The notes beneath the pieces were generated by a model. The model was not told the DNA's origin, did no database searches, and was given only the letters and a program-made list of their open reading frames with translations. From Sphaerodactylus townsendi (Eukaryota), in NCBI RefSeq assembly GCF_021028975.2, contig NC_059434.1, positions 48,360,001 to 48,424,000 on the forward strand: a stretch of DNA of 64,000 nucleotides, in the 5' to 3' direction. The position numbers and the translations under genes are program-made. Each line of letters starts with the position of its first letter. Position 1 is the first letter of the stretch. Positions 48,649-61,723 of this stretch are shown piece after piece.

Positions 48649-49013
48649 ACTACATTAGTGAGGTGAACCTCTGAGCTGAATAATTAATCAATCAGCAGCA
48701 GCTATCTTTCATGAAGATACGGTGGTTTTACATACAAACCCTACTTTCATCCACAAAATTAACTTTTTTTCACAGGTCATAGCATTATCCTCCTTCTGTC
48801 CAGTCCAGAGACATGAGACTGGCCCTCCTTACATATAAGACTGCTCTAAAATTCTATTTATCTAAGACTGAACAATTCTGTGATTTAGAAACAATATTTG
48901 TATCCTTTCATAAGTCATCCTTGAATGCTAAAGTATCCACAACTACTTTAAATTTGTACACTAAAGAATGCTTTTCTATGACTTACAGGGCTTGGCATAG
49001 AGAGCCACTAGGG

Positions 49014-49152
49014 CAGTGGTGGCGAACCTATGGTACTCCAGATGTTCATGGACTACAATTCCCATCAGTGCCTGCCAATTGGTCGTGCTGGCAGGGGCTT
49101 ATGGGAATTGTAGTCCATGAACATCTGGAGTGCCAGAGGTTCGCCACCATGG
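49014..49152. mobile_element. Palindromic hAT MITE
   Basis: Fold-back CAGTGGTGGCGAACC...ggactacaattcccat / atgggaattgtagtcc...GGTTCGCCACCATGG. Degenerate TSD CACTAGGG / CAATAAGG. Confidence 0.85.
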
Positions 49153-49254
49153 CAATAAGGGGACTGACAGCTTACACTTTCAGAGTGGCAGCTACATCCA
49201 TAGAGTACCACTAGGCTTCCACTATCAAGGTGATTTACAAGGCAGCCATTATGT

Positions 49255-49385
49255 ACACACCTTTGAAGATGCCAACCACAGATGCAGACGAAACCTTAGG
49301 AACAAGATCCACCAGACCACGGCCACACAGCCCGGAAAACCCACCAGAACCAGTTGAATCTGGCCGTGAAAGCCTTCGACAATCA
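49255..49385 (+). mobile_element. Penelope-like terminal fragment with a degenerate hammerhead ribozyme motif
   Basis: cct-TTGAAGA-tgccaaccacagatgcagac-GAAA-ccttagga...ggccacacagcccggaaaacc...ggccgtgaaagccttcgacaa resembles the squamate Penelope pLTR as recalled. Confidence 0.7.
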
Positions 49386-49399
49386 CCTCTGTGATGGCT

Positions 49400-50210
49400 C
49401 ATCATGCCGCCCACGAACCAGTCCACCACGCAGCATCTCTTCTAAATTAGGGAAACTACAGCACTCTGTCAGCTGTCCCAATTCTGCAATATAAACAGAA
49501 ATACTTTCCACCAGATTCTGATTTCACTTATAAAACACATTCCTCCCTGCTATTTCCAAGGGCTGGGGAACAAAATGTCCTCTCAACACATCCTCAAAAG
49601 TGGTTAACGACAATTTAGCCTGGACTAAATCAAATGTCTGTGTTCCACAAATGCTTAAAAATACTATGGGTTTCTTTTCTGGCTCTGTGACCCCATTAGC
49701 AGTCAAATAAAACTCACCTTGCTTCATAACTCTCCCACTTACTCAGGCAAGCCAGGTTAAACTCCTCCATGTGCCCTTGAAATGCCATAATCCCACTCTG
49801 ACATTCATCTCTCTGTTCCCAGGCTCCAGGGCTTCAATAACCCTTGGCTGCTCAAATCCACATCCCATCCTCATCGCCAACTATTATGCCTGAATAACCA
49901 GGCAAGCAGCAAGGTATGACAGGATTTATTATAATGTGACCCCAGTATAATTACAACTCTCAGCATTACGCAAGTGAACTAAAATAAATACAATGCTCCC
50001 AACTGATGTAACTCCCACGAACTATGGAAACTGACTCAGCTCAGTACACAACACAACCTGCCTACTGGAGCGGAACCAAAAATTTAGGACCCTGCCTGCA
50101 TCCAGGAGGAGATGCTTCTCTCAGAAGTCTAGTGCATCATCCTGAAACTACCAAAGAGGGAAAATCACAGGAGGTGAATGAAATATTCCATTTGTAAGGA
50201 CAAAACATAT
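49400..50210 (-). mobile_element. Gypsy LTR retrotransposon 5' remnant (LTR, PBS, disrupted gag)
   Basis: PBS-like TGGCGATGAGGATGG (rc of ~49865-49879). gag starts at the ATG at 49788 and reads MAFQGHMEEFN.../EFYLTANGVTEPEKKPIVFLSICGTQTF...HFVPQPLEIAGRNVFYK/ESISVYIAELGQLTECCSFPNLEEML, with frameshift and stop. LTR extent approximate. Confidence 0.8.
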
Positions 50211-51261
50211 GATGATGTTAATCCAGTTTCTGGGCATGTTCGTCTCTTATTAAGAAGTAATCCTTTTATGCACAAACTCTACAGAGACTTCTCCCTTGAA
50301 AGGAACAAATATCACAACAGGCAAGGAACTAGAGCACATTCAGTCTCTATACGCAAGTGGTTGCTAGATCAGAACCTGTTGTGATCTGGATCTTCTCTTT
50401 AAAAACCACTGTGCACCCCAGGAACCACAAATGTTCATCTAGGAGGTTGGTGGTTGTATTTTATCACTGATTAATTTTTAATTCATTTATACCTCCCAAT
50501 GGGGACCCCAAGTGAATTATATCGTTCTCCTTTGCTCTATTTTATCCTCACACATGGTGGCTCTGGGCTACTGGATTGAACTGGAATTCAAGATGAGCAT
50601 CAACAGATCAAAGCTCAGACCATTAGTTTATCACTGTTGGAGTTCCAGTTATCATCTTGACCAAAGGTGGTAAGAACAAACCAGAGAGGCATAAGTCTTT
50701 TTCACCAGAAGACTCCAGAATTTTCTGCTGGGAAGAAATTAATCTAAAATTGATCAAAGTAGGACATGTGGTGGGGATAGACAAAACCATGATCACATGG
50801 TGGAAGTCGCTGAACTTGTTGGAATGGCATCCTTACCTTGTAGTGTTAAATCAAACACTACCACTTTGACAGTCTACAATTAGGATCTTCCTCTGCAATA
50901 TGAGGAACAATTAGGCAGTGGTTATATCTGGTTCCGTAATGACTTCAAGGTTCATAAACATATAAGACATTAAAACTACATGGGATTTTCTGCTCCCGTG
51001 TTCCAGATTCAGAGGGACTGTATGAATAAGCAATAAACACATTACAGTATTCCTCATGTTTAAATGGAAGGTATTTTTAGCAAATGTTTTGAGAAAATTA
51101 CTCAATTCAGGTGTACGTTTCTCAGTCATGGCTATTGAAAGGGGACAAAAGTAAAATATCTAGGGTTTCATGAATTCAAGTCAGTACAACAACTACATTG
51201 CTAGTCAAAAGTGAGGGTTTTTATCCTTAAAGAGAAAAACTAACCTTTTGAATATATGAAA

Positions 51262-52263
51262 CTAGCAGGGCACCGTGCTTCACTATGCATACTTCATCAC
51301 AGGCTCTCTATGAATTTCAGGGTGACATTCAACATACTTCTTTAAAGCCTGTTTGTGAACTTTGGGGTGACATGCAGCATATTTCCTCACAGTCTGTTTG
51401 TGGACTGATGGGTTTGTTTTCGCATATTTTGCAGCAGCTTCCTGTAGTTGTCTTTTTCTAATGCAATGTGTTATTGCTCTCTTTCATCTGGTGGGCTCCA
51501 AAAGACGTCATGTGGAAGCAGCCATTGTATTTTCGGGATGCAGAAAGAAAGTGTTCTGCCATTGGATGCTGATGATGAGAAGGCTGTGAAGAGGTTCAGG
51601 AGAGGGTTGAAGGGCAGGGAGCTGGACTGTACCGCCACTGCAGCACATTCCTGGGGACTCATCCTGCCACTTCAGAGCAGGACACCAAGCACAGGGTGAT
51701 CGGAGGCCGAGAGCAGTCAACTTGTCTGCACAGTAATCAATCTGATATCCATATGGTATAGAAATTAAATTACCATACCATACCATATGCAAAACCCGAC
51801 AAATGTTTAGTAGTCCAAGGTGATAGTGTGGTTTGTAATCTGTTTTGATTGTATTTGGCTGTAGCAGTGTTGTTAACGTGAGGGTGGGTGGAGGAGTACT
51901 TTTTCACAGCCTGTCTGTTAACTTCGGGTTGACATTCAGCATGCTTTTTTGCAGCCTGTTTGTTGAAGCTGGTGGTGTTTAACTGTCATCCTTAGAATGT
52001 TCATGCAGCATGTCTGTGGACTGAGGGGCTGGTTTGCCCTTAGAATGTTTGTGCAGATGGCCAGAGATGAGCAGTTAAAAGAGTAAATGTGTAATAACTC
52101 GAGTAAAACTGAATATTTTGAAAAATCCTTTCTTAGTGAGCACCTAAACCACATAATGAACTGGTGTGCCAAATTTCAACTTTGTAGGTTCGGTGGTTTT
52201 TGAGTTCTTTTGATGAGTCAGTCAGTGAGTCAGTCAGTGGTATTTTGCATTTATAGATATAGA
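51262..52263 (-). mobile_element. Non-autonomous Helitron with a RepHel N-terminal remnant
   Basis: The minus strand begins TC(TATATCTATAAA) and ends CTAG, inserted between A and T with no TSD and a short subterminal hairpin remnant. Encodes CAWCPALKWQDESPGMCCSGGTVQLPALQPSPEPLHSLL and, in a shifted frame, HFLSASRKYNGCFHMTSFGA; both are typical Helitron RepHel N-terminal motifs. Confidence 0.9.
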
Positions 52264-52418
52264 TAACAGTCACAAATTGTTCAGAAATATTTTAGCAATG
52301 TCTCCTTCAAAGTATGTAAGTTTTATTTCAAATGAATTCCCTAATGCTGCAGGCATCTAGGAAAGCTGAAAAAACTGAAATTTAATCAGCTTTTTTGGAG
52401 TCAGGCTGTTCAGGGCGC

Positions 52419-52473
52419 CACACACACACACACACACACACGCACGCACGCACGCACGCACGCACGCACACAC
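52419..52473 (+). repeat. Compound microsatellite (CA)n(CGCA)n
   Basis: Seen directly. Confidence 0.95.
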
Positions 52474-53759
52474 CCGGCAAGGTTGAAATGACATTTTTGG
52501 GAGGCTTTTTGTCATTTGGATTTACCGAATGATCAGCCCTAGTGACCATACTTTCCAATCTTTTGGCTTTTAGGTTTGCAGGTTTATTTCATTTTATGAC
52601 CAGCTTTATACTCGTTTAGTTTTGGAGACTGAAACATAAAAATGTGTCTTGCAGGGTGTTTTATCATGAATTAACAAAAGTAACTTGGATTTATGGTATA
52701 AAATCTTTTTAAAACATATGTTCACATTAAATACTGTGACTTTAGTAAGTAAGAGGGTCCCTCTTAGTGCTGCATAATAGTACAATGCCTCTGCTTTCCT
52801 GAAATAGTTTCTTTCTGCTTTATATGGCACTATGCATTCTTGTTACATAAGTAAGGAGCTTAGTTCAGTGTTTCACATTTTGGATTCTAAGTAAATCTGC
52901 CTTGTGTTGACCCGGTATTGAAGAGCTCAGTATTGATTTTTGTCTACATGTGTTTATGGTGTTTATTTTGAGCTACTGGGGATTAATAACAAAATTAACA
53001 AGTGGCTAAGAAGGTTTCTTTAGTTCTTTGATTACGTTGTTCTAGAAAATAGGGAGTGAAGGAGATGGTATAATAAAGGAATCGATTTATTCCATCACTG
53101 GGCATAAAAACATTAGCCTTGGGAAAGAGTCGTCCTCCAAAAGCTTTAGCTGTCCAGTCTCTACTTGCCTAGCACAAAATAATTTGCATTTTTAGAGAAA
53201 TTTCAGGTCTTCAGTGAGCTCTGGTGAAACATGAATAAATTGCTTTCTTTTCCTCTTTTACAGACTTTATAAAGCTGAATCCATTAGAGGCTGAGTCAAA
53301 GTGTAATGAAATAAAGGCAACAACTGACATGATGGAAACCCTGGATTAGGTTTCCTGCTAGTAGAAGCTCAGCTGTCATGGCCTGTGTGTCAAGTTAGTG
53401 GTCTTTGGGGAGGCTCATGAGTACATATGGATATATTTTTTTTAACTGCTGCATTACAGCAGGTCTCTAAAGCAGACAGAAATTAAATAGAGAAAGCAAA
53501 GATTAAGAATTAAGCAAAGCTGCGGAGAGCAGTTCACTAGAGAAAACTGTGTCATAAATCCTTTTTCGGCTTGTCATCTTGTTATCAGCAACCTAGCAGT
53601 TTTGCATGAGATCTACAATGTTTCTTTCACACTTCAAAAAAAAAAAGACTGTGTACGCAAGAGATTACTATAGGGTAATGCAAATCACATTGGTCTGGTT
53701 GTGCAGCTACCAGAATTCAGCTAAGTCTGCAAAAAGTTGCTCTGTGTTTTAAACATATA

Positions 53760-53865
53760 AGTGTTGACTGGCTGCTGTTGATTTTTCAGGCTGTGCGGCC
53801 ATGGGTTGATAGTTTTAGCTCCTAATGTTTCCCCTGCATCTGTGACTGGTGTTTTTAGAGGCATG
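53760..53865 (-). mobile_element. Older Penelope-like terminal fragment
   Basis: The reverse complement cctctaaaaacaccagtcacagatgcaggggaaacattagga...tggccgcacagcctgaaaa is homologous to 49255-49385. Confidence 0.65.
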
Positions 53866-54010
53866 TCACTTTTGTCTGTAAGATAACCGCTTGACCGGAA
53901 CCCAAAGTGAATATCAGAAGATTTACATCTGCATTTTACATTTATGGCACTATCAGCTGCAGTAGACAATGTGGTGTTTCAATTTGTGGTCAATATGGTT
54001 GTCAGACTCA

Positions 54011-54480
54011 GGCCCATTCTGCACAGGCCAATTAAAACGGGTTGAGGCCCATTTAAAAAAGGGCGTGGGGGGAAGTTCCCACAGAACTCGTCCCCAAAAC
54101 ACTGCTAACCCATTTTAAGGGGCAGAACCCAGATTTAATGAAATTTGCTAATTCGGCAAGTTTTTTTTTCCTTTAACCCAGGTTGCAAATGCTTCCTGCT
54201 TGCTTGTGCAAACTATAACAAGCAGGGGCATTCAATCTCCACCCCCCTTCCCTGCCATTAGAGGGGATACTCTAATAGGCAGTTGCCATGCCATGCAGGT
54301 AGGTGGGGGTGGATTCTCGGGTGAGGGGTGGCTTGCACAGAAATGGTTTGCACAGAAACACAGCATTTCCATGTGAACCCATGCTCTGGGATCCCAGTGA
54401 TCCTGGCTCGCTCCTGCAGCCGCCATGCAAACAACGGCAGAGGGTTCCATGAACCCATTGCTGCTCATGCAGGATCAGCC
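54011..54480. mobile_element. Harbinger-like MITE
   Basis: Imperfect TIR GGCCCATTCTGCACA ... TGCAGGATCAGCC; flanks TCA / TGA (TNA-type). Confidence 0.5.
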
Positions 54481-56899
54481 TGAGAATTAAAGCATCTGTG
54501 AAACTGTGCTAAATATCCATGTACATATTAACATGTACATGGATATTTAGCACAGTTTCACAGAGCGACTGAAGATCTGAATTAAAATGGATGCTTAATT
54601 CAGTTTTTAAAAAGGGATCTCCAGTTTCCACATGACTTGATTCTGCTTTCCACTTGCTTATTTGGTACTTGAAATGGCACAGGGGTTGCCATGTGATAAG
54701 CAAGAGATTAGTGCTTTGGTTCCTTTAAAAACTACTTCCTGACTGATTCTGAGCCATTGCCTCAACTTCCGCATCAGCTACTGCTAGAATTCTTTCAAAC
54801 ATAATTTCCCTTGCAAGGGAAGGTTCTGTGGTTTTGTGTTCTTGGAGGTATTACTTTTCCTTTCTTCTCCTTAAATGTAGCCTGAGTGTCCATTTATATT
54901 AAAAGAAAGAATACTGTTTCTGGTAGGAGGATGGTTCCACCCTATATAAAGATAGACAAATAATGGATGGTTTTGAAGGGTGGTTTTCTTCTCCCTGAAG
55001 GAAAACTAACTCTTCTGTAAAGTTCAGTGACAGGAACTTTGCATCTCCTCTGAAAGCATCGGTGTCTTTAACTTGCTTTTCCCACACTTCCTTACCCTGA
55101 AGGGATGCACTCAAGTCTAATGCTCCTTAAAAGCTTTAAGGGAAAACTCTGGCCTTACAGAAAATCTCCCTGGCATCTTATTTAGTTGAAGATGTATTGC
55201 AGGATTTTTCTCTGCTTTGCTGGTTTCAGTGTCTATGGCCAGATCTTGAAAGACTGGTTTCCAACTTATGTGTGATCACAGATGGTGAACTGTGTGTGAA
55301 CTACTGAGCAAAGTTCTCACTGAAACTACCAAAGTAGAGGTTTATAGAACCTAAATGGCACCACACAGTATTTATAAGCAAACTACCGGCAGACACACGA
55401 CTCCTGTAGTATACAGAATGTAGAGTTGGTTTACAATAATCAGTTACCCAAAATTTTCCATTGGGAAAAAATGTGGTAAATTGCCCTCCCCCCCAAAAAA
55501 ACACCCCCACAGTTAACATGATAATGTAAAGACCAACAGAAAGTTGGTCTCAATACATTTCATATTTGTCCTTGTAGGGATGTAATTCAGCAGTTTAGTA
55601 ATAGTTCTGATTTGGTATCTTCTTCATCTATTCAAAATAATTTTGTGGAGATACTTTTTTCCAGTTATAGAAATATGCACACATTTACTGCATGACATTT
55701 GTTACTGTGGGGTGTTTGAGGTAATTTTACTCATCAGAACCAGAATGGAGTTTGGGCTACAATGCTAATTGCCCTAGGAATTAGATTTTATAAAGACGAG
55801 AGGAATGGCACTATTTTTTTAAAGCATATTAATGATAGCAGAAAAACATATTTCTATGACATGCTCAGTCTCAGTTGAAAGATTATACTTATGACGATCC
55901 CAAAGGTTCAACTTCCCATTTCAAGGTATATAAAATAAATCCTGTTCCCAATTCATAAACTGGGTTCCAACAGTCAAGCTATGTTCAAATAAACCTACCT
56001 AGTCAAACATTCCCAGAGCTTTTTGTTTAGCACTCCCAGATGTACTCATAAAGATTCATTCATTGCTCTGTATAATACATAGCCCCAAAAGAGAACCAAA
56101 TAAAACATTTTTTACAATCTACACTGAACAATTTTGTATAATAAAAGCAGAAGACCCTCTGCATTAATTCATCTAGAAACCCTGAAAATCATGCATTTAG
56201 TATTTTTTTTTTACACAGATTATATCTGGAGAATTTGACTAGTAAGTGAGTCAAATGGTTGTGGTTGCATTGTCTTTCTACACCTGTGTCATGAGATTTC
56301 AACTGTCATTTTGCTGTTTGCCTAGCAATCTCATAAATATTGTTGAGATTGCCAACAGCCGCCAAAGTTGCAACATGGGCATGTGGAAATGGCAGCATAG
56401 GAAGACGGGCAAGTGAAGCTACAGCAGGGAAGGAGAGTGTCAGGGCAAGAGGGAATGAGATGAGAATAGAGCAGTGACCAGGCACATTGGTGGGGAAGGG
56501 AGGTATCAGTACAGACAGCATGGGGGAGTGAGGCAGTGGTGCTAAAGGTAGCTGGGATGGAAAGGAGGCCAGTGGAACAAAGGCAGCAAAGAAGCCGGTG
56601 GCTGAAGCACAGACCAGCAACGGTGTGGGATTTCATCTCCTCCTATGTCTGCTTCTGATCGTAAATATTGTTACTATTTTGTCTCATTTCTTTTTTTCCC
56701 CTTGTTTGTTCCCTATGCCTAACAAATTACACGTCTTTACTGTTAAACTCCAGGCATCATAACTGATAAATCTGCCATCTAGCTTGTACCTATCCATTTC
56801 AGGGACAATCTGTGTTGCTGTCCTGATCACATCTCTTCAGTTCTCTTCATCCTCCTGTAAAAGGTGTTCAGTTACTGAAAGAGCTGCATTGCGTTAGGC

Positions 56900-57049
56900 C
56901 AGTTCTGGCGAACCTTTGGCACTCCAGATGTTATGGACTACAATTCCCATCAGCCGCTGCCAATTGGCCATGCTGGCAGGGGCTGATGGCAGGGGCTGAT
57001 GGGAATTGTAGTCCATAACATCTGGAGTGCCAAAGGTTCGCCACCACGG
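56900..57049. mobile_element. Palindromic hAT MITE (same family as 49014-49152)
   Basis: Near-perfect fold-back. Perfect TSD CGTTAGGC at 56892-56899 and 57050-57057. Internal 14-bp duplication tggcaggggctga. Confidence 0.92.
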
Positions 57050-58616
57050 CGTTAGGCTATGGGAGCAAATCCTGCCATGTTGTCCTTACCTTTTTAATTA
57101 GCTGGTATTTGGCTTCTAATTATTCTGTTCTGAACTACAACCGGGACAATACGAATTCTAACAGTTCTGTAAATCTTTGGCTTCCATTATTTACCTCTAT
57201 ATTTTAGCCTGTTTAACTGATATGAATATTCCTGTCATAATTTAAGGGTGCAAACATGAGAAATTGGATATTTATTAATTTTCAGTAAAAAAATGACATA
57301 GGAGGTAGATTCTGATTTAATCAGGAGGGCATTAATCCCTTTCTCCCATGCATTTTCCCTAATCTAAGATGCTGTTTAGCTTGCTAGTAAAAAGGCTAAA
57401 TATTTGGCAGTAAATATATTAAATGGCAGACTTAATCAGTTTACAAATATTTAGTTGGATCCAGACTGAATTTTCCAGTACTCTACAGAGTACTGATCTC
57501 TATAAAATGCTACTCCTGGGCAATTGGGTGGCCTGAGGAATGACATGCAGGAATGTAGCAGGTAGGAAGAATTGGTGGAAACATAGGTCTAGTGAGGGTG
57601 ACCAGAGAGGACAGGAGCCCCAAATGCCACTCCTGAGGGTCAAGTGAGGGTACTTTAGGCTGCCCTCCCTCCCCCCAGAAGTGAGACAAGGAGTAGGGGC
57701 TGCTACTACTAGGCTGAGGCTCACCCCCAACCAGAGGACGGAAGCAGAAGAATGCCCCTGGGTGACTGGGCTTGCCCTTTATGAAGCAGCTTGCAAGCAA
57801 AGATTCAGGGCTCAGTTGGGAGGTCTGGGGCCCTGGCAGAGAGAGCCCCCAATGGGCAAGGGAGAGCCCCATGGGCAGCCCCAATGGAGGGTGCAGCTAG
57901 GCCACAAATACCCATAGCAGCGGCATGCCCCCAGCCCTTCCCCCCTCTCTCCTGGCAAACCCACTCCACCCCTGGTCTGACTTGCAGGCTGAGGCACATA
58001 ACAAGCTGCTGCTCTGGTCTGATAAGATTCGGGGAAGTCTGCATTACTTTCTTCACCTTAGAGTGATCCAGAGTGCATGCAAAGTGCAGCATTGAATCTC
58101 CCCATGAAGCAATGGGGAGGGGAAAACAACTTCAGGCACCCCTCAGTTCCATAAGGTTCCCCTTTACTTATTTACTTAATTTATATTCCACTTTTCTCTC
58201 CAGTGGAGCCCGAAGTGACTTACATCATTCTCTAATTTATCTGCACAACTTTATGAAGTAGGTTAGGTTGAGATTGTGCAACTGGCCCAAGACCACTCAG
58301 CGAGCTTTTGGGGCGGGGGCTTTACAGGGGTTTCTGAAACAGTCATTAGTGAGGTGTTTTTTTAAACCCCAATCCTAAAAGAGGAAGAAACGGACACTAA
58401 AACTCCTCACATTGTAACCAACTGTTGATGAGATCTCGGAGTGGTATATAAAAAAAATTCTAAGTGCTAAAGTCTTTAGAAACAGGAAAAGAAATAACAT
58501 CTTGCAATGCTTATTGCTTATAATGGAAATGTTTATAATATCTGTCAAAATCTATAGAAAAGAATCATATTCTGAACAAAGTTGCTATAGTATATTATTT
58601 TGTTTAATGTCTGCAT

Positions 58617-58927
58617 AAAGAAGAAGAAGAAGAAGAAGAAGAAGAAGAAGAGTTGGATTTATATCCCCCATTTCTCTCCTGTAAGGAGACTCAAACTCCT
58701 TTCCCTTCCCCCCTCATAACAAACATCCTGTGAAGTAGGTGGAGCTGAGAGAGCTCAGAAGAACTGTGACTAGCCCAAGGTGACTCAGCTGGCGTGTGTT
58801 GAAGTGCACAGGCTAATCTGAATTCCCCAGATAAGCCTCCTCAGCTCAAGCGGCAGAGCGGGGAATCAAACCCGGTTCCTCCAGATTAGTGTACACCTGC
58901 TCTTAACCACTATGCCACTGCTGCTCC
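58617..58927 (-). mobile_element. Full-length Squam3-like SINE with a (GAA)~11 tail
   Basis: Reverse-complement match to 37091-37384; A/B boxes at the right end. Confidence 0.9.
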
Positions 58928-61581
58928 TTGAATCTTGAATGGGCTACATTATAGTGTGTCATATTCAGCAGAATTATATTTGTGTGGCAACAATCTGATG
59001 TCCCAAAGAAGAGCAAATGTCATTCCAGTATTTAAAAATTGCTAGGAATTTCCATTTCTCACATCTGTGATATACATTCCCTTCAAATGAAAGAAACCAT
59101 TGCATTTTTATTATAAAAGGTATTGAGAAATTACTTCCCACTAGTCTTTACCTAAAAAAAAACAGTTGATGGATAATTTTTACCATTTTTCCATGATGCT
59201 TCAAGGAAAGAGTTACTTTTGCATATTCACTTTTAATTAGATTTTAGGGGGCAGACGGGATCCTTGTGGTTAGCAAGTAAGAGCCCGACATTTGTTTTTA
59301 AAAGAATTTAGCTGACAGTAAAGCCAGTTTAAATATTTGAAAACCACACAAATTGATCTTTCTAATGACACTAAAAATGAGGATGAATGAGCATAGAACT
59401 ATTGGATTGCTTTCAAAATAATTCTCAATTTACATGTTATTATTTTACAGGACTGCTGTAATCATATGCATACTTGCTTGAGAATAAGTGGCACAGAGGC
59501 AACATCTCTCTGTGCAGTTGTGTGATCATCTAGCATACATATAGTCTAATCGGATCTATATTTACTCGAAAGTAAATCCTGCTAATTTCAGTAGGATTTT
59601 TTCCTAAATAACAACTTTAGAAGGAAGAGAAGTGCCATTGAACTCAGAGGGTTTATCCAAATGAAAATGTGTGCGTGGCCAAGAAAAGAGTTTGCCCCAT
59701 TGAATAGACTTCTGAGACAGTGGAGTCAAGATGAGGGGAGGGGGTTCCATTTTCTGTAGCTACACCCCTGGGTGGAAATTGCCAGTTCAGTCTGGACCCA
59801 ACTCATTAGTTTTAAAAACAACAGCCCTGTGTTTTTTTGAAGCAGCTTCTCATAGCTTATCACACTACCCAGCCTTTTACATTACAGGATCAACTTTTGG
59901 CAATACAGGGTGGGAAAAGCACAGTTAATGGAATAATAGCCTGCAAGGTTTAGCTAAATTAAATACGAATATAATCAACATTTGCGATGACTCTTCAAAA
60001 GTAATCCCTTTAGCTTTCAAGAAAGAAAAGCTACATGAAGGAAATCTCTGTAGACTCCACTGAAACAATATTGCCTTCATATTTCCATGGTAGGTTTGTC
60101 ACTCACTGTGAAGTTTAAATTTAAGGTAATGTCCACAGTATATTCATATAAGCTGAGAGCAGTATCTTTGATTTGTTGAAGTGTTACATTAGCTACTGAG
60201 GGTCTATGCCGTAAACTTTGACACATCCTTTATGAACATAATACTGCTGACTCTTTTCTGAATAGAATATGCTGGAGAAAGTGGTTTGCACAGTCAAATT
60301 CTACCCATTCATTAATCTTAATTTTAATCAAACTACCAAATAAACCTACCACAGTTTCCAGACAGACATTCCAGATAAATAAATCGAACCAGCAACATTT
60401 GACGAGATTTTAAGACATTATGTTACTACCGATTAGGTGAAATACAAAAGCAGAAAAACCAGAAAAACGTATAAGCACAGAATATGACTCTTTGCAAGTT
60501 CTGACGCCCAAGGTCCATTGAAATGGGTAGGAACTGTACTCCTTCCGTTCATTTCCTTAGGGCTTCTTTCTGAGGTTCCTGGAGGGAGGTGGTGCTTATT
60601 GGTGACTGTGGTACTTTGCTCCTGTTATATTTTTATTTTGTTTTGCTAAAGCTGCCTACACACAAAAATACGACAGTTCAAAAATGAAAGCCAGCTTCAA
60701 AAGAGAATAGTGAAATGGGTCTTGTCATCTAAATTGTGCCAAATTGAAGGTACAGCATATGCTGTCAAATCCTGGTCAAGTTTTATAAAATGTATGTTAC
60801 TATGGAAATAGCATGTATATGGTTCACACTTAGACATATTGAAGTGATAACTCACACACTGACAAATAATAGAGTTTACATTGCAACAAATGGAATTATG
60901 TAAAATGAACATGAACATCTTGCAGATCTAAGCAACTTTGCGCAACACCACTTGAGTTTTATTTTATGTATTATATTTGGATATTTGAAGTATAGCAAAC
61001 ACAATAAAAGTACTTTAGCTATTGATTTAATTTTCACTGAAAGCTCTTTGTTGCCAGGAACTTTTTATCTGTTACCTTGTGAACATCCAGGCTGATATAT
61101 ACAATTTGGAAATTTTGTATTTTACTAGAGTGTTACAGAAAGACAAATTAATGGGCAAATTAATCAGAAAAATATATTAATTTAGACCACTTAAAGCACC
61201 AGTTTATCAGGATGTTCAATTGTTACTTAATCATTAGATTGACGTTAATTGACCATATGGTGGCATCTCCGTGTATGGAGTTTTATGCAGTAACAATAAG
61301 AGACCAACGCCTGACAAGGATTTTGCTATCTAAAATTAGACATAGATAATTTGAAAAACATTAGAAGGAAGATGAAGGCAAATACTTTTTTAAAAGAATG
61401 TGTTAGATTAGTAAATCTCCTTCTTAGATTGAATTCATACATGGCTACTACATGTTACTTAAATCTTTTTGAGCCGTTCTCCCACTTGGTGAGCACAATC
61501 CTGATGGCTACATGGCAAAGGTGGCTGGCACAACAGCAGAATCACTGATCTGATCTCTAAGGATAAATTACAAAAGCTGGG

Positions 61582-61723
61582 NNNNNNNNNNNNNNNNNNN
61601 NNNNNNNNNNNNNNNNNNNNNNNNNNNNNNNNNNNNNNNNNNNNNNNNNNNNNNNNNNNNNNNNNNNNNNNNNNNNNNNNNNNNNNNNNNNNNNNNNNNN
61701 NNNNNNNNNNNNNNNNNNNNNNN
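61582..61723. other. Assembly gap (N run)
   Basis: Run of N bases. Confidence 1.
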
